64,000 bases of DNA from Dudresnaya verticillata. Its lineage: Eukaryota. Below, in pieces: positions 50,282 through 62,805 of this stretch; position 1 is the stretch's first letter, and the number at the start of each line of letters is the position of its first letter. A program made the position numbers and the translations under genes. The stretch covers positions 806,001 to 870,000 of the forward strand of contig OZ374562.1 of assembly GCA_977862235.1 (NCBI GenBank), given 5' to 3'. The notes beneath the pieces were generated by a model. That model had not been told where the DNA came from and made no database searches. It saw only the letters and a program-made list of their open reading frames with translations.

Positions 50282-51184
50282 TGTGGTGCAAACGTCTGTA
50301 GACGATGGACCGCCGAGCAGTTCGGGGCTCGGTGGGTAGCTGCGCCCTCGGCGGTAGGTAGTCCCGCCGTGGGCGACTTGGTGGTAGAGCAAAGGGGCAC
50401 GCCTTGGGCGGACTGTAAACGCCCGAGGCGGAAAGGAAGGAAAAGGGAAAGAGAAAGGGAACACGTCAAGGACGATGGTAGACGTGGAAGCACGGGAGGC
50501 AGACGCTTAGCCGTAGGCAGCGGTAGAATGCGTGCGTGCGGAACGGGGAAGTCTGGACCAAGGCCGGCTTGCCCGGGCGTTTACTGTTACGTCTGGGACG
50601 GCTTACCTAAGTACAGTACGGCGATTCGGCGGCGGCGGTGCGTATGCGTAGCGCGGGAACTCGGGACACGTGTCATCCCGAGGCGCGTCTGACAGATCAC
50701 CGATTGCATGCAGCCGCGCGCCTGACAGGTTGCCGTGCAATCCCCTGTACGGGTGCTTACACACACACGTGGACGCGTGGACCTTACAGCCGTGCGTGCG
50801 CGCGCACTGTAGAGCGTGCGCATTAGATCTAACCCGATACTTGTCCGATCCCGATCCCATCCGGATCGGGCCAGCAATGAGAATACCCGGAGCCTTACAG
50901 GCGCGGATCTTACAGCTTAGGCGATCCGGATAGCCAATCTGGATACCGGATCCGGATCCCATCTGGATCCGTATTACAGTGCCCCGGGGCGCCACGTAGG
51001 GCCATCACCGTACAGTGCCCGCGTGGCGCGCGGCGCGCAGTGTGCGCACGCGCCCCAGTGAGCCGTCGATGACGTGTTCGCGCGCCAACGGCGGTGGTGA
51101 GCGCCGGTGGCGGTTTCTCCGTCGGTCGACGTATTTGGTCTGCCCGCTTTCAGCGGAAAAGGGCTCACCTCCCCTTGCACCACA
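50282..51184 (-). repeat. 3' LTR of B
   Basis: TGTGGTGCAA...TTGCACCACA; adjacent PPT GGAGGGGGGTCG on the minus strand. Confidence 0.96.
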
Positions 51185-51483
51185 CGACCCCCCTCCAAAA
51201 CGCGAACACGACCCGACCCTCAACCTGCTGCCGTGCGTTCTGCCGTTGCGTCCCTGCCGACTTCCGCGCCTTGCGAGTGAGTCCCCGCGTCTTCGCGTAT
51301 TGTATTGGTGCGCCGCTTGCGACTGCGACCTCGGCTGTGCCGTAAGAACTCCGCTCTTGTTGCGTTTGCGTACTCGTGCGGCTGCGTACGCTGCCCCGAC
51401 ATCACCGCCTGTGGCGCATAACGAGCTCCGTCGTTGACGTCTATCGTATATCCCTCGCCTGGGGCGTTGCAACTTAATCGTCA

Positions 51484-51770
51484 TCGACGTCGTTTGCCTT
51501 CAGCATCGCCATTGGCGCAGCAGTCGAACGTCGTTGACGCGGGTTTCCTTCTCTCGCCTAAGGCGTCGCAACAGTAGTCGTCTTCGACGTCGTTTGCCTT
51601 TGGCATCGGCATTGGCGCAGCAGCTGAACGTCGTCGACGTGGGTTTCGTTTCCTCGCCGAAGGCGTTACAACAGTAATCGTCTTCGACGCACGCTTCTTG
51701 ATGCTTTCGCCAGTGGCGCAGAACACGAGTCGTCTTTGACGTTTGCACAAGCATCGCCTTTGGCGTTAAC
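51484..51770. repeat. 100-bp tandem repeat (about 2.5 copies) upstream of the B antisense ORF
   Basis: TCGACG-initiated units start at 51484, 51584 and 51684. Confidence 0.8.
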
Positions 51771-51796
51771 ATATTCTCGTCGTTGACGTCATACCG

Positions 51797-54093
51797 ATGT
51801 TCAATGGCATGCAGGTGGCGGCGCCCGCGGCTGCGCCGGTGTACGCTTCGCCGGTCGACTTCGTCGGAAAGAACCCTCGCGATCACGCGCATTTCTTCGC
51901 GCGGGCCCCTGGTTTGACCAGGAGGCTTTGCGCGAGGAGGAATTGGTTGCCCATTACGCTACTAGCGGTTTCTTGCCGGGGGGCCTGCCCCTCGGCGTCG
52001 TCTGGACGTTGGAATGGAAGTTACGCTGCGCCGTTCCTGCGGAATGGCTTTGGGTGCGAGCGGGACAGTCGCGTGCGGACGTCCACGCGCAGTTCGTCTC
52101 AGACGTGTATCGTCGCTTCACGCGGTATCCGGGGTCCACGTTAACGCCGCCCCTGTTCAATTATGATGCGGGACAGTACCGCACAGCCGGCGAAGCCGAA
52201 TACGGTATTCGTCTTGGGACGTTATCGCTCAAACACGTGAGCGTGTCGGTTGAACCGCGCGTGTTGGGAGAGGCCTATCTGTTACGCGTACGCTTGAAAG
52301 CGGATTTTCGTTACTTGCATCGTACGGGTACGTTCTTTTGGGAGCGTTGTATCCGGTGGGAGTGCGAGATGCGTCGCCGAAAGGGCGTATTCGTACCTTA
52401 CCAGGACATGCAGGTCGATCGCATTGAGCGTAGTAAGTTACCGTTTTGTTTCGTGAAGGTACCGCCTGTATGGCGAGCGTTTGAGATATGCGAGGGTTTC
52501 TCCGTAGAGCTTCCTCCGTGTGTCACGTATCTTGGTTCCGAGCTGATGACCGACCCCTATTCCAGGTATTGGATCGTGTTTTACACGGAGTGGGTCGCCA
52601 ATGTGGCGTATGCGTGGTTATGGGAGGTGTATGACACCTTCCGTATGTACCACTTGCCCCCGCGTGTGGTGGCTCAGCTTGGCAGCCTCGACTTGGTCGA
52701 AATATTTGGCGGGTCCCGGAACGCCGAGGAGTTCTGGAACCTGCGCGCTGTGGCGGATGAGATCGACTGGAACGACCCGGCAATGGTGCCGTATGCGAAC
52801 AACCGCCATAAGGCGAACCGTCCGCGATTCGCGATGAGTCGGACTCACTCCGCCTGTGGCGATTGGATCCATTGTAATCCATGGACTAAGCGTCGTACGA
52901 CGAAGAACGTTGCGGAGCGCCATCGCAAAACGGACCGCCTCACCCCGGGTAATCACCCGCGTGGTTTGCGTAAGAGTTGCGACTTTGTCGGTGATTTTCC
53001 TCCGCATTTGAGCGCCTTAATGGCCGAGGAGGATGCGTTTAACGCCGATGGCGGACCGGAGAACCCGTCTGGGACGGACATTGCTGCGCCTATGGCGGTT
53101 GAGTCAACTGCCGAGCCTGCGCCCGCGTCTTCGGCTTTGCCTGGAGGCGCTGTTAGTGGCGGTGGAGTGCCAGCTGGTCTGCCAGCTGTTGCTCCTCTGG
53201 ACCTCGCGGCTCCCGTCGCTGACGATGACGGCGATTCCGTTATGGCAACGCCAATAGTGGAGTCGGCTCCGCCGACCGTGATGCCTCAAGGCGAAGCATC
53301 GAACGTCGCAGACGGTTCTGGGGGTCCAGCTTCGGTGCCGGTTTGGACCGAAGAACAGTGCCACACCGTGCTTGCGTTATTACAGGCGGCAGGCGTCGCT
53401 ACTAGCGGTCTGAGCGGCTCACCCACTGAGTGGATGAGCCAAGCGTTGTCGACTGCGGTTCCACCTCAGGGTGGACCCGCACCGAAGTCGACTAGTGTCG
53501 TAGGTTCTGCGTCGAAGGACGGTGTGGCAGAGATGCCTTCGTCGCCTAAGGCGAATGGTCCGGCGTCTAAAGACGTGAATATGACTGTACCGCCTGTGGC
53601 GAGCGAAGCGAATGCCGCTATAGCGTCGTTGACGGTTCCAAAGGGGCCAGGGGCTCCTGCGTCATTGACGGGTGTTGGGTTAACAGCGCCGAAGGCGAGT
53701 GAAGAAGCGACGCCAATCAAGGCGGTTTCTGAACTGACGCCAAAGGCGGTCGACGAGTCGTTGACTACGCTTAAAGCGGATGGGGCTGTGCCCGCGCCTA
53801 AGGCGAAATGTAGCTTAGGCTCTGCGCCTGTGGCGGGTGTTGTTGCTCCATCGCCTTTGGCGGATATTGTAGCGACGACGCCCAAGGCGATTGATGAGTC
53901 TCCCACTTCGCCTGCGGCGCCTGTTGTGGCCACTCCGGCAGTTGCGGTGGCAAGGCCTTTGCGGTCCGCCCCGGCTCCTGCCGTGGGTGCGCCGTCAACG
54001 ACGGAGGACGACCTCTACGAAGAGGCGTTGCGTGAGTCCGCCGAAGGCGCTGGGGACGTGCCCGCCGATTCGTCTGCGACGAAGGAGTCTTGA
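51797..54093 (+). CDS. Antisense accessory ORF of B, unknown function (1-nt frameshift at ~51909)
   Basis: MFNGMQVAAP (51797) joins the 721-aa frame 51928-54093; homologous to 45427-47781. Confidence 0.85.
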
Positions 54094-55400
54094 TGTCGTT
54101 TCTGGAACGGATAGCGGACGCGAGGTGCGTATTGTGTTGCCTTTCGGCTCCTTTGCGGGAGCGACGAGCGGAGTATTCCGCTTCGTCTTTGACGATTAAT
54201 GTAGCTGTAGTGGTCGATCGCTAGGGCGAGGGGTTGTCCCCATTTGTCTTTAGCCCAGTAAACTTCGGCCATTGTCAGCGTCTTTGTGTGTCGCGTTTCG
54301 CGTTGGCCTTAGGGTGTAACCTTGTGCTCCACTTTCGACTTTGCGTCGTGTTCTTAGTTGTCCGCTACAGTAGCGTTGGCGTTTGATGCCTATAGCCTTG
54401 GCCGTGCGTTGGCACTTGGCTGTGTTTGTCCAGTAGGGTCCGCTGTAGTAGCGTTGTTATTCGTGTTTCACGCGTGGCATTGTCGTATTTCCGCTTACTT
54501 AGCGTTTTGTTTTTTTGGTGGTTCATGTGTCGCACTGCGCCTTGGGCGTGGTTTGTTGGGTCACTGCGCCTTGGGCGTGGTTTGTCGGCGTCCTCGACGA
54601 CGGTCGCGAAGGCGGTGAGGTAGGTTTTGACGCTTCGGCGTTGCCGCCCCTTTCGTCTTCGACGTTTCTCGTTGTGGGTAGGGTAGAGTTGTCGGTCGCG
54701 CTCGCGTGACTGCGCGGCGGCTGCAGGCAGCGGCGGAGTCGTTGGCGATTTGTTGGCGCGTCGTGCACGGAACCCGCAGCAACTGCGTCTTCGACCACCT
54801 TCCCCCCCTTCGGGGGTGGGTTTGTCGGTGCGCCCCTTCTCGGAGAGTTACGTCGGAGACGTTCGATGGGTCTGGCGCGCGAGACCGTGGCCGGTAGGGT
54901 GGCGTTCCCAGGGAATTGGCCGTAGGGCGAGGCACGTCTCGACGTCGGAGACGGTTGTCGTGCGCTGCCACTTTGCGCCTGTCGTCGCTGGGGCTCGTAG
55001 CACCTGCTCAGCTACTTGGCATAATTGCGTTCGTCGTGCGTTGACGGCGGGTGGTGCGCGCTGCCGTGTTTGGAAATTAAAATTGGACCAATTACTGCCT
55101 CATATTACCCGAGGGTCGCCGGCGGCGGATCTCGATTTGCGATTTGGATCCACTGTCAACAGCGCACCCATCTAGAAGTTCCGTATGGGGGCTGCTGCGA
55201 GGTGGCGTGCGCGAGGCTGTCTATGACGCAACGACTTGCGTCCGCGTTCGTCCATGGCGTGCACGCGTGGTTGGCGCTGTCCTTCCGGCGACCGCGTCCA
55301 CAGGGCATGGGTTGAGCTTTCGCGCCGTTGGCGATCGTAGGTCGAGCACGTGGGCTCGATCGTCCGTCCATTCGCTTCCAGCGGTATTTCCGGACTAGGG

Positions 55401-58400
55401 TTAGCCGCGTTGCGCGTCGTCGACGTTTGGCGGCAGCTGCATACGTTCGCGACGGTGGTATCGTGTGACGTGGGAGCGCGGCAAACTGGAGACTGGCTCC
55501 CAGGTGTTCGCTGAAGCGGGGTATTCAAACCACTTGACGCGGTAGAGGATCTCATCATCATCCGCGTATGCGTGCGACTCTATGCGTTCAATCACGTATT
55601 CTTTTCCGCTCACAGCGTTCGGCTTGGGCGTGGACCTGTCCAGCGCCTTTGGCGGTTTGTCTCGTTGCGTGATGGGCGTCTGTTCCGGCTCGGTGAAGCG
55701 TACTCGACGAGTTGATCGCCGAAGGCGTTGGCCTTGGGCCTCGGACGCTCGATCAGCGGTCAGTGGATTGTTGCGTCTTGAGACGAGTTCATCGCTTGCA
55801 GCGCCTTGCTTCGTGCTTGCACGGTTAACGTCGTCTTTATCGGACGCGCTTTCAGCGGAGTCATTGTTCTCTTTCGGTGGTGCCGTAGCGACGTTTTCCA
55901 AACGGGTGCGAACCCCTGGGGTACTGTCGTCGTTGGAGACGGATTGCGAAGCGCGGTCGTTGGGATCGGTGGCGAAGGGCGAAAGCTCTGCCAACCCACG
56001 GCTGCGTGACGCGGCGATCGTACGCTCTTGCGGATCTGTCGCAGTATGCGAAGTGTCTGCGTCCTCTTCCGGGTCCGCTGGCGGCGTGCTTGGGGTAGTC
56101 GTCCCTTCGTCGTGTGACGTGGGGGCGCCTGCTCCCTGCTCCTCAGGCGGGCCTGGTGGTACGACGATTGGAGGGGCCGCCTGACCCGGTGGGGTCGGCG
56201 CCCAGACCACGCGGTCTCGGGACAAACGTTCCCGCTCATCACGTCCCTTGTCGACGGTTACTGTCTCATTATCAACGTGCGTTACCCGGTATGGTCCGTC
56301 CGCCACTGGCGCCAGCTTATGCTTACGCTCTTCGCGATCCGTGCTCCCGCCTCGGGCGAAGTATTCCTTACGTACGAATACGAAGTCGCCTACGGCGATT
56401 GTTTCCTTCGATTTCCTTAATCAGGTATCGAAGTTTCGTTTGTAACGTGCTTGAGTTTTCTCTAACGACGCTTTAGCGGTTCCCATCAGTGCGGCCAGCC
56501 ACGTTCTCCACTTGGTGTAGTATTGCCCCGCGGTGGGTACGCTTTCGAGCGACGGTTCCGCTTCGAGCGACAATGGTCATGGTGGCTTCGACAGCACCAA
56601 TTCAAACGGAGCGAGATGCGTAGACGAATGCAACTGTGTGTTGTAGGCGAACGTCAAGGCATCCGTGAACAGGTCCCAGTCTCTCGGATGATCCGCAACG
56701 TAGTGACGCAGCGAGGCCAGGATAGTTCGATTGAATCGTTCTACCTGGCCATTGCATTGCGGATGGTACGTCGTAGTGAAGAGATTCTCCACTCCCAAAA
56801 GACGGCAGATATCCTGAAACAGCTTAGCCACGAACTGTGGTCCGTTTTCGGACAACAGTTTCTTGGGGGGCCGTACACGAAGACCCAATGTCGTACAAAC
56901 GCCTTAGCGATTTACAATGCCGTAATACTACGCAGTGGGACCGTCCGGACCAGCTTCGAGAAGCGGTCCACAATGAAGAGTAGGAACTTGTTTCCTCGCT
57001 TCGTGCGTATGAGTTCGCCCAGGATGTCGATCGATACAAACTCGAGAGGCTCGGTTGCCGGGAACAACTTCAATTGCTTGGTGTTCTTTCGTAGTAATAC
57101 GCGATTCTTAGCGCAAGTTACGCAGTTGCGGACGGTCGCATAGCAGTCCACTGGCATCGATGGCCAATAGTATTCGCGTCGAAGCGTATGATACAACTTA
57201 CGCCCCCCTAGGTGCCCTGCCAACTTGGCGTGGTGCCGGAGGTGGAGTAAGCGAGCGCGTAACGCGGAGGGTACGACCACTTGCGGACGGACTTCCACTG
57301 TTCGGACCAACAGGCCCTGTTCATCCGTTGCGAACGGCAATATGATTCCGTCATTCAGACGTTTCTTGACATCGTTACAGTACTTGTCATCGCCTTGGGC
57401 GTGTACCAACTCCTCATGCGTCACTTGACGAAGGAGTACCTCATCCGCCGGTGGCGTGTTGTTGATCAACACTTGGTCGAACTCTTCGAACTCTCGTTCG
57501 GCAACGTCGACCTCGCCTTCGGCGTCTGACAGATCGTCCTGTGACGTTTGATGGCCGTCTTCGACGAAGCTTCCGTGATAGCACGGTATATCATCGTCAA
57601 TGGGCTCGACGGTTTCTCCCTTCGTCTGTAGACGCGAAAGGGCATCTGCCTGGGTATTCAGGTACCCCTTTTTGTACTTCACGACAAAGTCGAACTCGGA
57701 AAGGCGAAGGCGCCACCGCATTAACCGTCCAGAGGGGTCGCTGATTTCCATCAGCCACCTCAACGACGAATGGTCCGTATGGACTGTGAACGACTCCATC
57801 TGGAGGTAAGGTCGCAGCGTCATGACGGACCATACTACTGCGAGGCACTCCTTTTCGGAGACCGAGTAGTTACGCTCCGGAGCGGTGAGCGAGCGGGACC
57901 AGAAGCCAAGCGGCTTACGTTCCCCGTCGGGCTGCGTCTGAAAGAGAGCGCAGCCGACCTGATACTCGCTTGCGTCACAATAGACGGAATAGGGGAGACC
58001 CTGTTGTGGTAGCGCCAGTATAGGCGGATGAGTCACGGCCTCGACGAGCGTACTGAACGCTTTGGCTTGCGTCTCATCAAACAGTTGTAACCGGAAGTCC
58101 TGTTTCTTCCTCAGCAACTTGTTGAGGGGGGCAGCGACATGCGCGTATCGCGAGACGAACCGTCTGTAGACGTTACAAAGACCGAGAAAACTCCGTAGCT
58201 CCTTCTGATCCCGTGGATGCTTGGCTTCGCGTAGCGCGGCAGTGACAGTTCGGTCAACTTCTAACCGTCCTGGACGTATGACGTGTCCTAAGTAGTTGAC
58301 GGTCGGGGTGAAGAAGTCACACTTGGTCAACTTCAGAGTCACCCCGGCGCGGTGCAATGTCGAAAGTTTCTCGTCAACATGACGGAAGTGACTGTCGATG

Positions 58401-60127
58401 TCGCTGGAGAAGATTATTACGTCATCGAGGTAGACGAGGCACGAACGCCACTTGTAACCAGCGAGCAGTATGTCCAACGTTCGTTGAAACGTAGCGGGTG
58501 CGTTCGTGAGACCGAATGGCATACGCTTATAGCGGAACAGTCCGGCGTGGCACGTGAACGCAGTCTTATCGCGGTCTCGCGGATTGATCGGCACTTGCCA
58601 GTACCCACTGTTACAGTCTAGGGTGGTGAAGACGTTTGCTTCCCCTAGACTGTCGATGCATTCGTCGATACGCGGCAGCGGGTACGTGTCCCGTATGGTT
58701 ACTGCGTTTAAACGACGGTAGTCCACGCAAAAGCGGAGGGTCCCATCCTTCTTGGGGGCGAAGACCACTGGTGACGCCCACGGAGATTGAGCGGGTTCGA
58801 TAACCCCTTGACGCAGCATGCGGTCCACTTCCGCTTGAGCGAGTTGTCTTTGCTTCGGCCCCGCTCGGTAGGGCGGGGACGATATCGGTCTAGAACCGGG
58901 AAGCAAGTCGATGTAGTGCTCCGTGGTTGAGATTTCTCCCAACGACCCGTCCCACATAGACGAGTATTTGCGCAACATATCCTTGAGCCGGCCTTGATGC
59001 TCGGCGGGGAGATGTCCCAGGTCTAAATCGTCTACTGACGGAGGTGTAGCAGTGGTTGCCTCGATAGACTTCGTGAAAGTATCCGGCTGTGCCGCAGTGT
59101 TATCGTTCGTTTGAAAACGGAAATCTTGGTTTGCCTTCTCTTCCTCGGCTTGTTCCTCTGTGAGGCCCAAAACATCGGCTAGACTTACGTGACTGGGGAA
59201 CACTGCTGTCGGATGTGGTAACCCCGTCGCGATGACTTGGCCCTTGGCTAACGCCTGCGGGCGGGGAGAGAAGTTGGCAACCAGAATGCGAAACGCTTTT
59301 AGCGGCTCCACTTGAGCAATCCCGTTCGTAACGGCCAGACCTTGTTTGTCGTACAGCGTTCCGAACGGTTGAATTGTGATGATGCCGGCGCGCTCGGTGG
59401 TCACCGATACCCATTGCTGCGCCTTAGGCGGGATGATCGCGCGCTCGGCAACTCGGATCTTGGGCGACGTCCTCCCTTCGGCCTTGCCGTATTCCTGTTC
59501 CGTTGGTAACGGAGGATACGACGGGGGTCGGCGCAGCGGGCGGCGTGTTATAGGGACAAGAGTCCCGTCATCCAATTCAACCTCGCGACTTCACGGATAT
59601 ATTGCTTCGACAAAGCGGTCGCAAAAGTCGCAGCCGAGTATAACCGGCGCAGCGAGTCGTTCGTAAAGGATCAGTTCCAACTTGACGTCTCTCCGTCCTA
59701 GACGAACGACCAGGTCGATGGCGCCTCTTGTCTGGATCGCCTTGTTGTTGGCGTCGGCTATGACGGGGAGGCTCTTTGCCACGATGCGCGATCGCGCTTC
59801 CAGCGGAATATCGTCAATGCGAATGAAATTCGGACCAGCCCCCGTGTCGAGGACAGTGAGTTTACGTGCCAAGGTACTAACGGTTACGCCCAAGTCGGCG
59901 TACACCTTATAGTTCCTTTTGGCCATTACGAACAACTGTCCTCGCGCCTGTGGGGGTTGGTACCTTCGCCATGGGCGTTTTAATGACGTCTGTGACGACT
60001 CTATCCGCCCGTCGGCGTCATCAGTAACTAACTTCGGGCCCTCCTTCCGTGTCAGCACCCGAGGCCTAGGCCTCTCTTCGCGGTGCGACACCCAAGTGTC
60101 AGGATTTGGTGCCCGAGTTAGTTTTTC
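55401..60127 (-). pseudogene. pol: B pol (PR-RT-RNaseH-INT-chromodomain)
   Basis: 887-aa frame 56912-59575 with YLDD; PR in 59591-60268; chromodomain EYVIERIESH..YRVKWFEY..NTWEP. Confidence 0.96.
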
Positions 60128-62582
60128 GCCTGCGGCGGTGGTTGCGGCGCTACATAGCGGTTGATCATCGTCGGGTGACGTTCGGCCGCGTGCGGCATGG
60201 GTCCGCCCCGTGGAGATTGTGGTCGTGCAGCACGGCGAGCAGCGTCGCGAGTCGCGCGTTCCTTGCAACGTACATACGCATCAGCGGGGACACCAGCCTT
60301 CTCGGCCTCGGTTAGTCCTTCATAGTTGGTAATAACCTTCATGAAGTCGCTCATGCGGAGGAAGCAGTCCGGCGCGATGTGTCCGCGGGCGTAGCATTGG
60401 TGGCATACTAGCTGCCGACGCGCGTCTTGACGGGGCGGGCCTCTGTCCTGCCATCCGGGCCTTGCTCAGTGAACGTGAGGAGCATACTCGGAATAGGGGA
60501 CGCGTGGCGCGGGTACGACCGAGCGCCCAAAGGCGAGAGCAGGGTCCATATCCCTTTCGTCCTCGTCATCGACGTAACTGTCCGTCGGTAGAGCCGAGGT
60601 TGGCACCGACGCTTGCTCGTCTGCCAAGTACAGATCGCCTTCGGCGTGTGTTTCCATGTCATCGACAGGGCGGCTAACGTCTCGGAACTCGACGGAGGAC
60701 TCCGCTATCATAGCGCGTGCTCCAGGCTTGGCGCCTCTCGTCTGTGGACGTAGTACCCCTCGTGCATCGCCGATGGCGGATCGCGGTGTGCGTACGGCTT
60801 GAGCCGGTGTCAGTAAGTCGCGTCGTGCTGACGTGGAACCGGCTCTGCCGTGTCATGCGCGGTTGGCATCCCCTTCATCCTGTGCGAAGTGGACCAGCCG
60901 CTCAAATGACAACTCCGCCCTTGGCGTTTCTTCTCGGAAGCGAGCGACCAGGGACCTGATCGACGGGTCTAACCCGTCGATGTACAGCGTCATTTTTTCC
61001 CAGTCTGGATATACGTTACCGCAATGAATACACGCACCGGCTAATCGCATCCCATAAGTCGTCTCGTCCTCGCCTTGCTTCTGGGCCGTTGACCTTAGGG
61101 CGAGGACAGCGTCCCTGATCGCCGCTGGCGTAGCATACGTACGGAGGAGGTACTGTACTGCCTCCGGATACGAAGACACCCCGCCGCGGTGGCGAGAAGA
61201 CGTAGACTTGACGGAGCGGAATTGAGTGGCTGCCGTACCTCGCAAGAAGTACGGCAGTGCAACGAACGCTTGGGCTTCGCTCATCTCCAGCGTATCGGTT
61301 TCATCCGCGTAACGCGTCAGGAACTCGAGGACCATGACGGGGTCGCTGCCGTTGAAGGCGGCGTCCTTCATGGTCAGCTCCAAGCGCTTAATATGGTCCT
61401 TGACCTTACCCGTATCGCGCCCTGAGCGTTTTTGCCCTACGTCTTTGAGACGGTACGTCCTGTACGATAGTAACTGATCGAAAAGGGGGTTGGAGGGGCG
61501 TAGCTCCTTCAACCCCTTGAACCGCTTTCCGCGAGGTCTTGCGGCACTGCCGAGAGTTGGAAAATCGTCGTCTTCAGACGAAGAGTCTGATGACTCTCCG
61601 TCACTTGACGAGTCCGAAGAGGACGAGGATGAGTCCCCTCGTCGATGACGATTCTTCTTCCGTCTCTGACGCGGCTTGCGCCGGCGCTTCTTCCGATCCT
61701 TACGTCTGTGACGATCTTCGCATGAGCTCTCGTCACCCGACGGTGGACCATTGGGCCACTTGGCGGTTTCGAGACGCTCTAAGCGAGTCGCAACTCGCTG
61801 AAAGCGTTCGCGTGAGCTAAGCTCAGAATGCGAATGAACCGTTACTGCCGGCGGTGGTTGTGTACCCTCGGCTTGGGCGGTTTGGTTCGTCAATAGACGG
61901 TCGAGGTCGGATCGAAGCCCTTGTAGGGCACCGTTCCGATCCTCTTCCAACGTCTGTAGACGACTTGCGATTCCTCCGACACTGTCGTCTAGTAACCCGG
62001 CGAATCTAGCGAGCATCGCATCGTCCTCCAAGACGCACATCTCTCGGATCCGTTCGCGTGGTATCGTTAAGTTACTCACGCGGACGGCCGAGGGTGACGC
62101 CGTTGGCGGTTGACTTTCGCGGTTTGACCGGTCGGGTGTCCCTTGCGCCTTTTGACTTGGCGAATTCGGCTTAGCCGGCGAACAACCGGCACTGCCGTGG
62201 GGAGTGGGGCAACATGCCCCTTGTGTCAATGGTTCGTCAGCGACGTTGCGCTCCGCGGAGTGCGCTTGATCGTCGTTGACGGGGATGGTTGGTTGATCCG
62301 AAAGTTCCGGTTGTCCCGCGACGATGTCGGCTTGTGTTCCGTCTACGACGTCCTGTTGCTCGGCTTGTACTGTATCAGCCGAGTCAACGTAGGAGCGGTA
62401 GGTGCGGAGGGCCGATCCCTCGGGGACGGAGGTGCGGACGACGACGGGGTTGCGCGTCGGCGGGGGAGGTAACTCTCCTCCGTTGAGCGACGCGTGGGAG
62501 CGTGCGTGGCCGTGGCCCGGGGTAGCGTCGGGAACGCCGACGCTATCTCGGGACTCACGAGGCGCCCAGACCTCGTTGTCAT
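60118..62582 (-). pseudogene. gag: B gag with CCHC zinc knuckle
   Basis: Long frame 60853-62724; in-frame stops at 60853 and 60466; CHQCYARGHIAPDC; ends AKN*; start approximate. Confidence 0.88.
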
Positions 62583-62785
62583 CCGCTGTAGCGACGTCTC
62601 TGACGCGGGTACACTCCCAGGCGTCGAAGACGGTCTTCTTGAACTTGGGCCTCGCGACGGCAGCGGTCGTGAGGCCATGATACAATCGTAGAGTTGCTTG
62701 AACGTCGTGGACGATTAGCGACAAACGTCACAAGACGGAGAGTCGGACGTCGCACGACGGAGTAACTCGTTGAAACGTAGCACAA

Positions 62786-62803
62786 TTCTAGGTCGGGAGA
62801 CCA
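62786..62803 (-). promoter_or_regulatory. Primer binding site of B
   Basis: TGGTCTCCCGACCTAGAA 2 nt after the LTR. Confidence 0.92.
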
Positions 62804-62805
62804 GA

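Noticed and set aside
48893..50692. 599-aa ORF as a single gene
   Set aside because: Chimeric read-through of A LTR, LINE ORF2 segment and B LTR
51484..51770. CRISPR-like array
   Set aside because: Contiguous tandem units without unique spacers; eukaryotic retroelement context and no cas genes
54533..54585. 24-bp direct repeat in B 3' non-coding region
   Set aside because: Only two copies; ordinary slippage duplication
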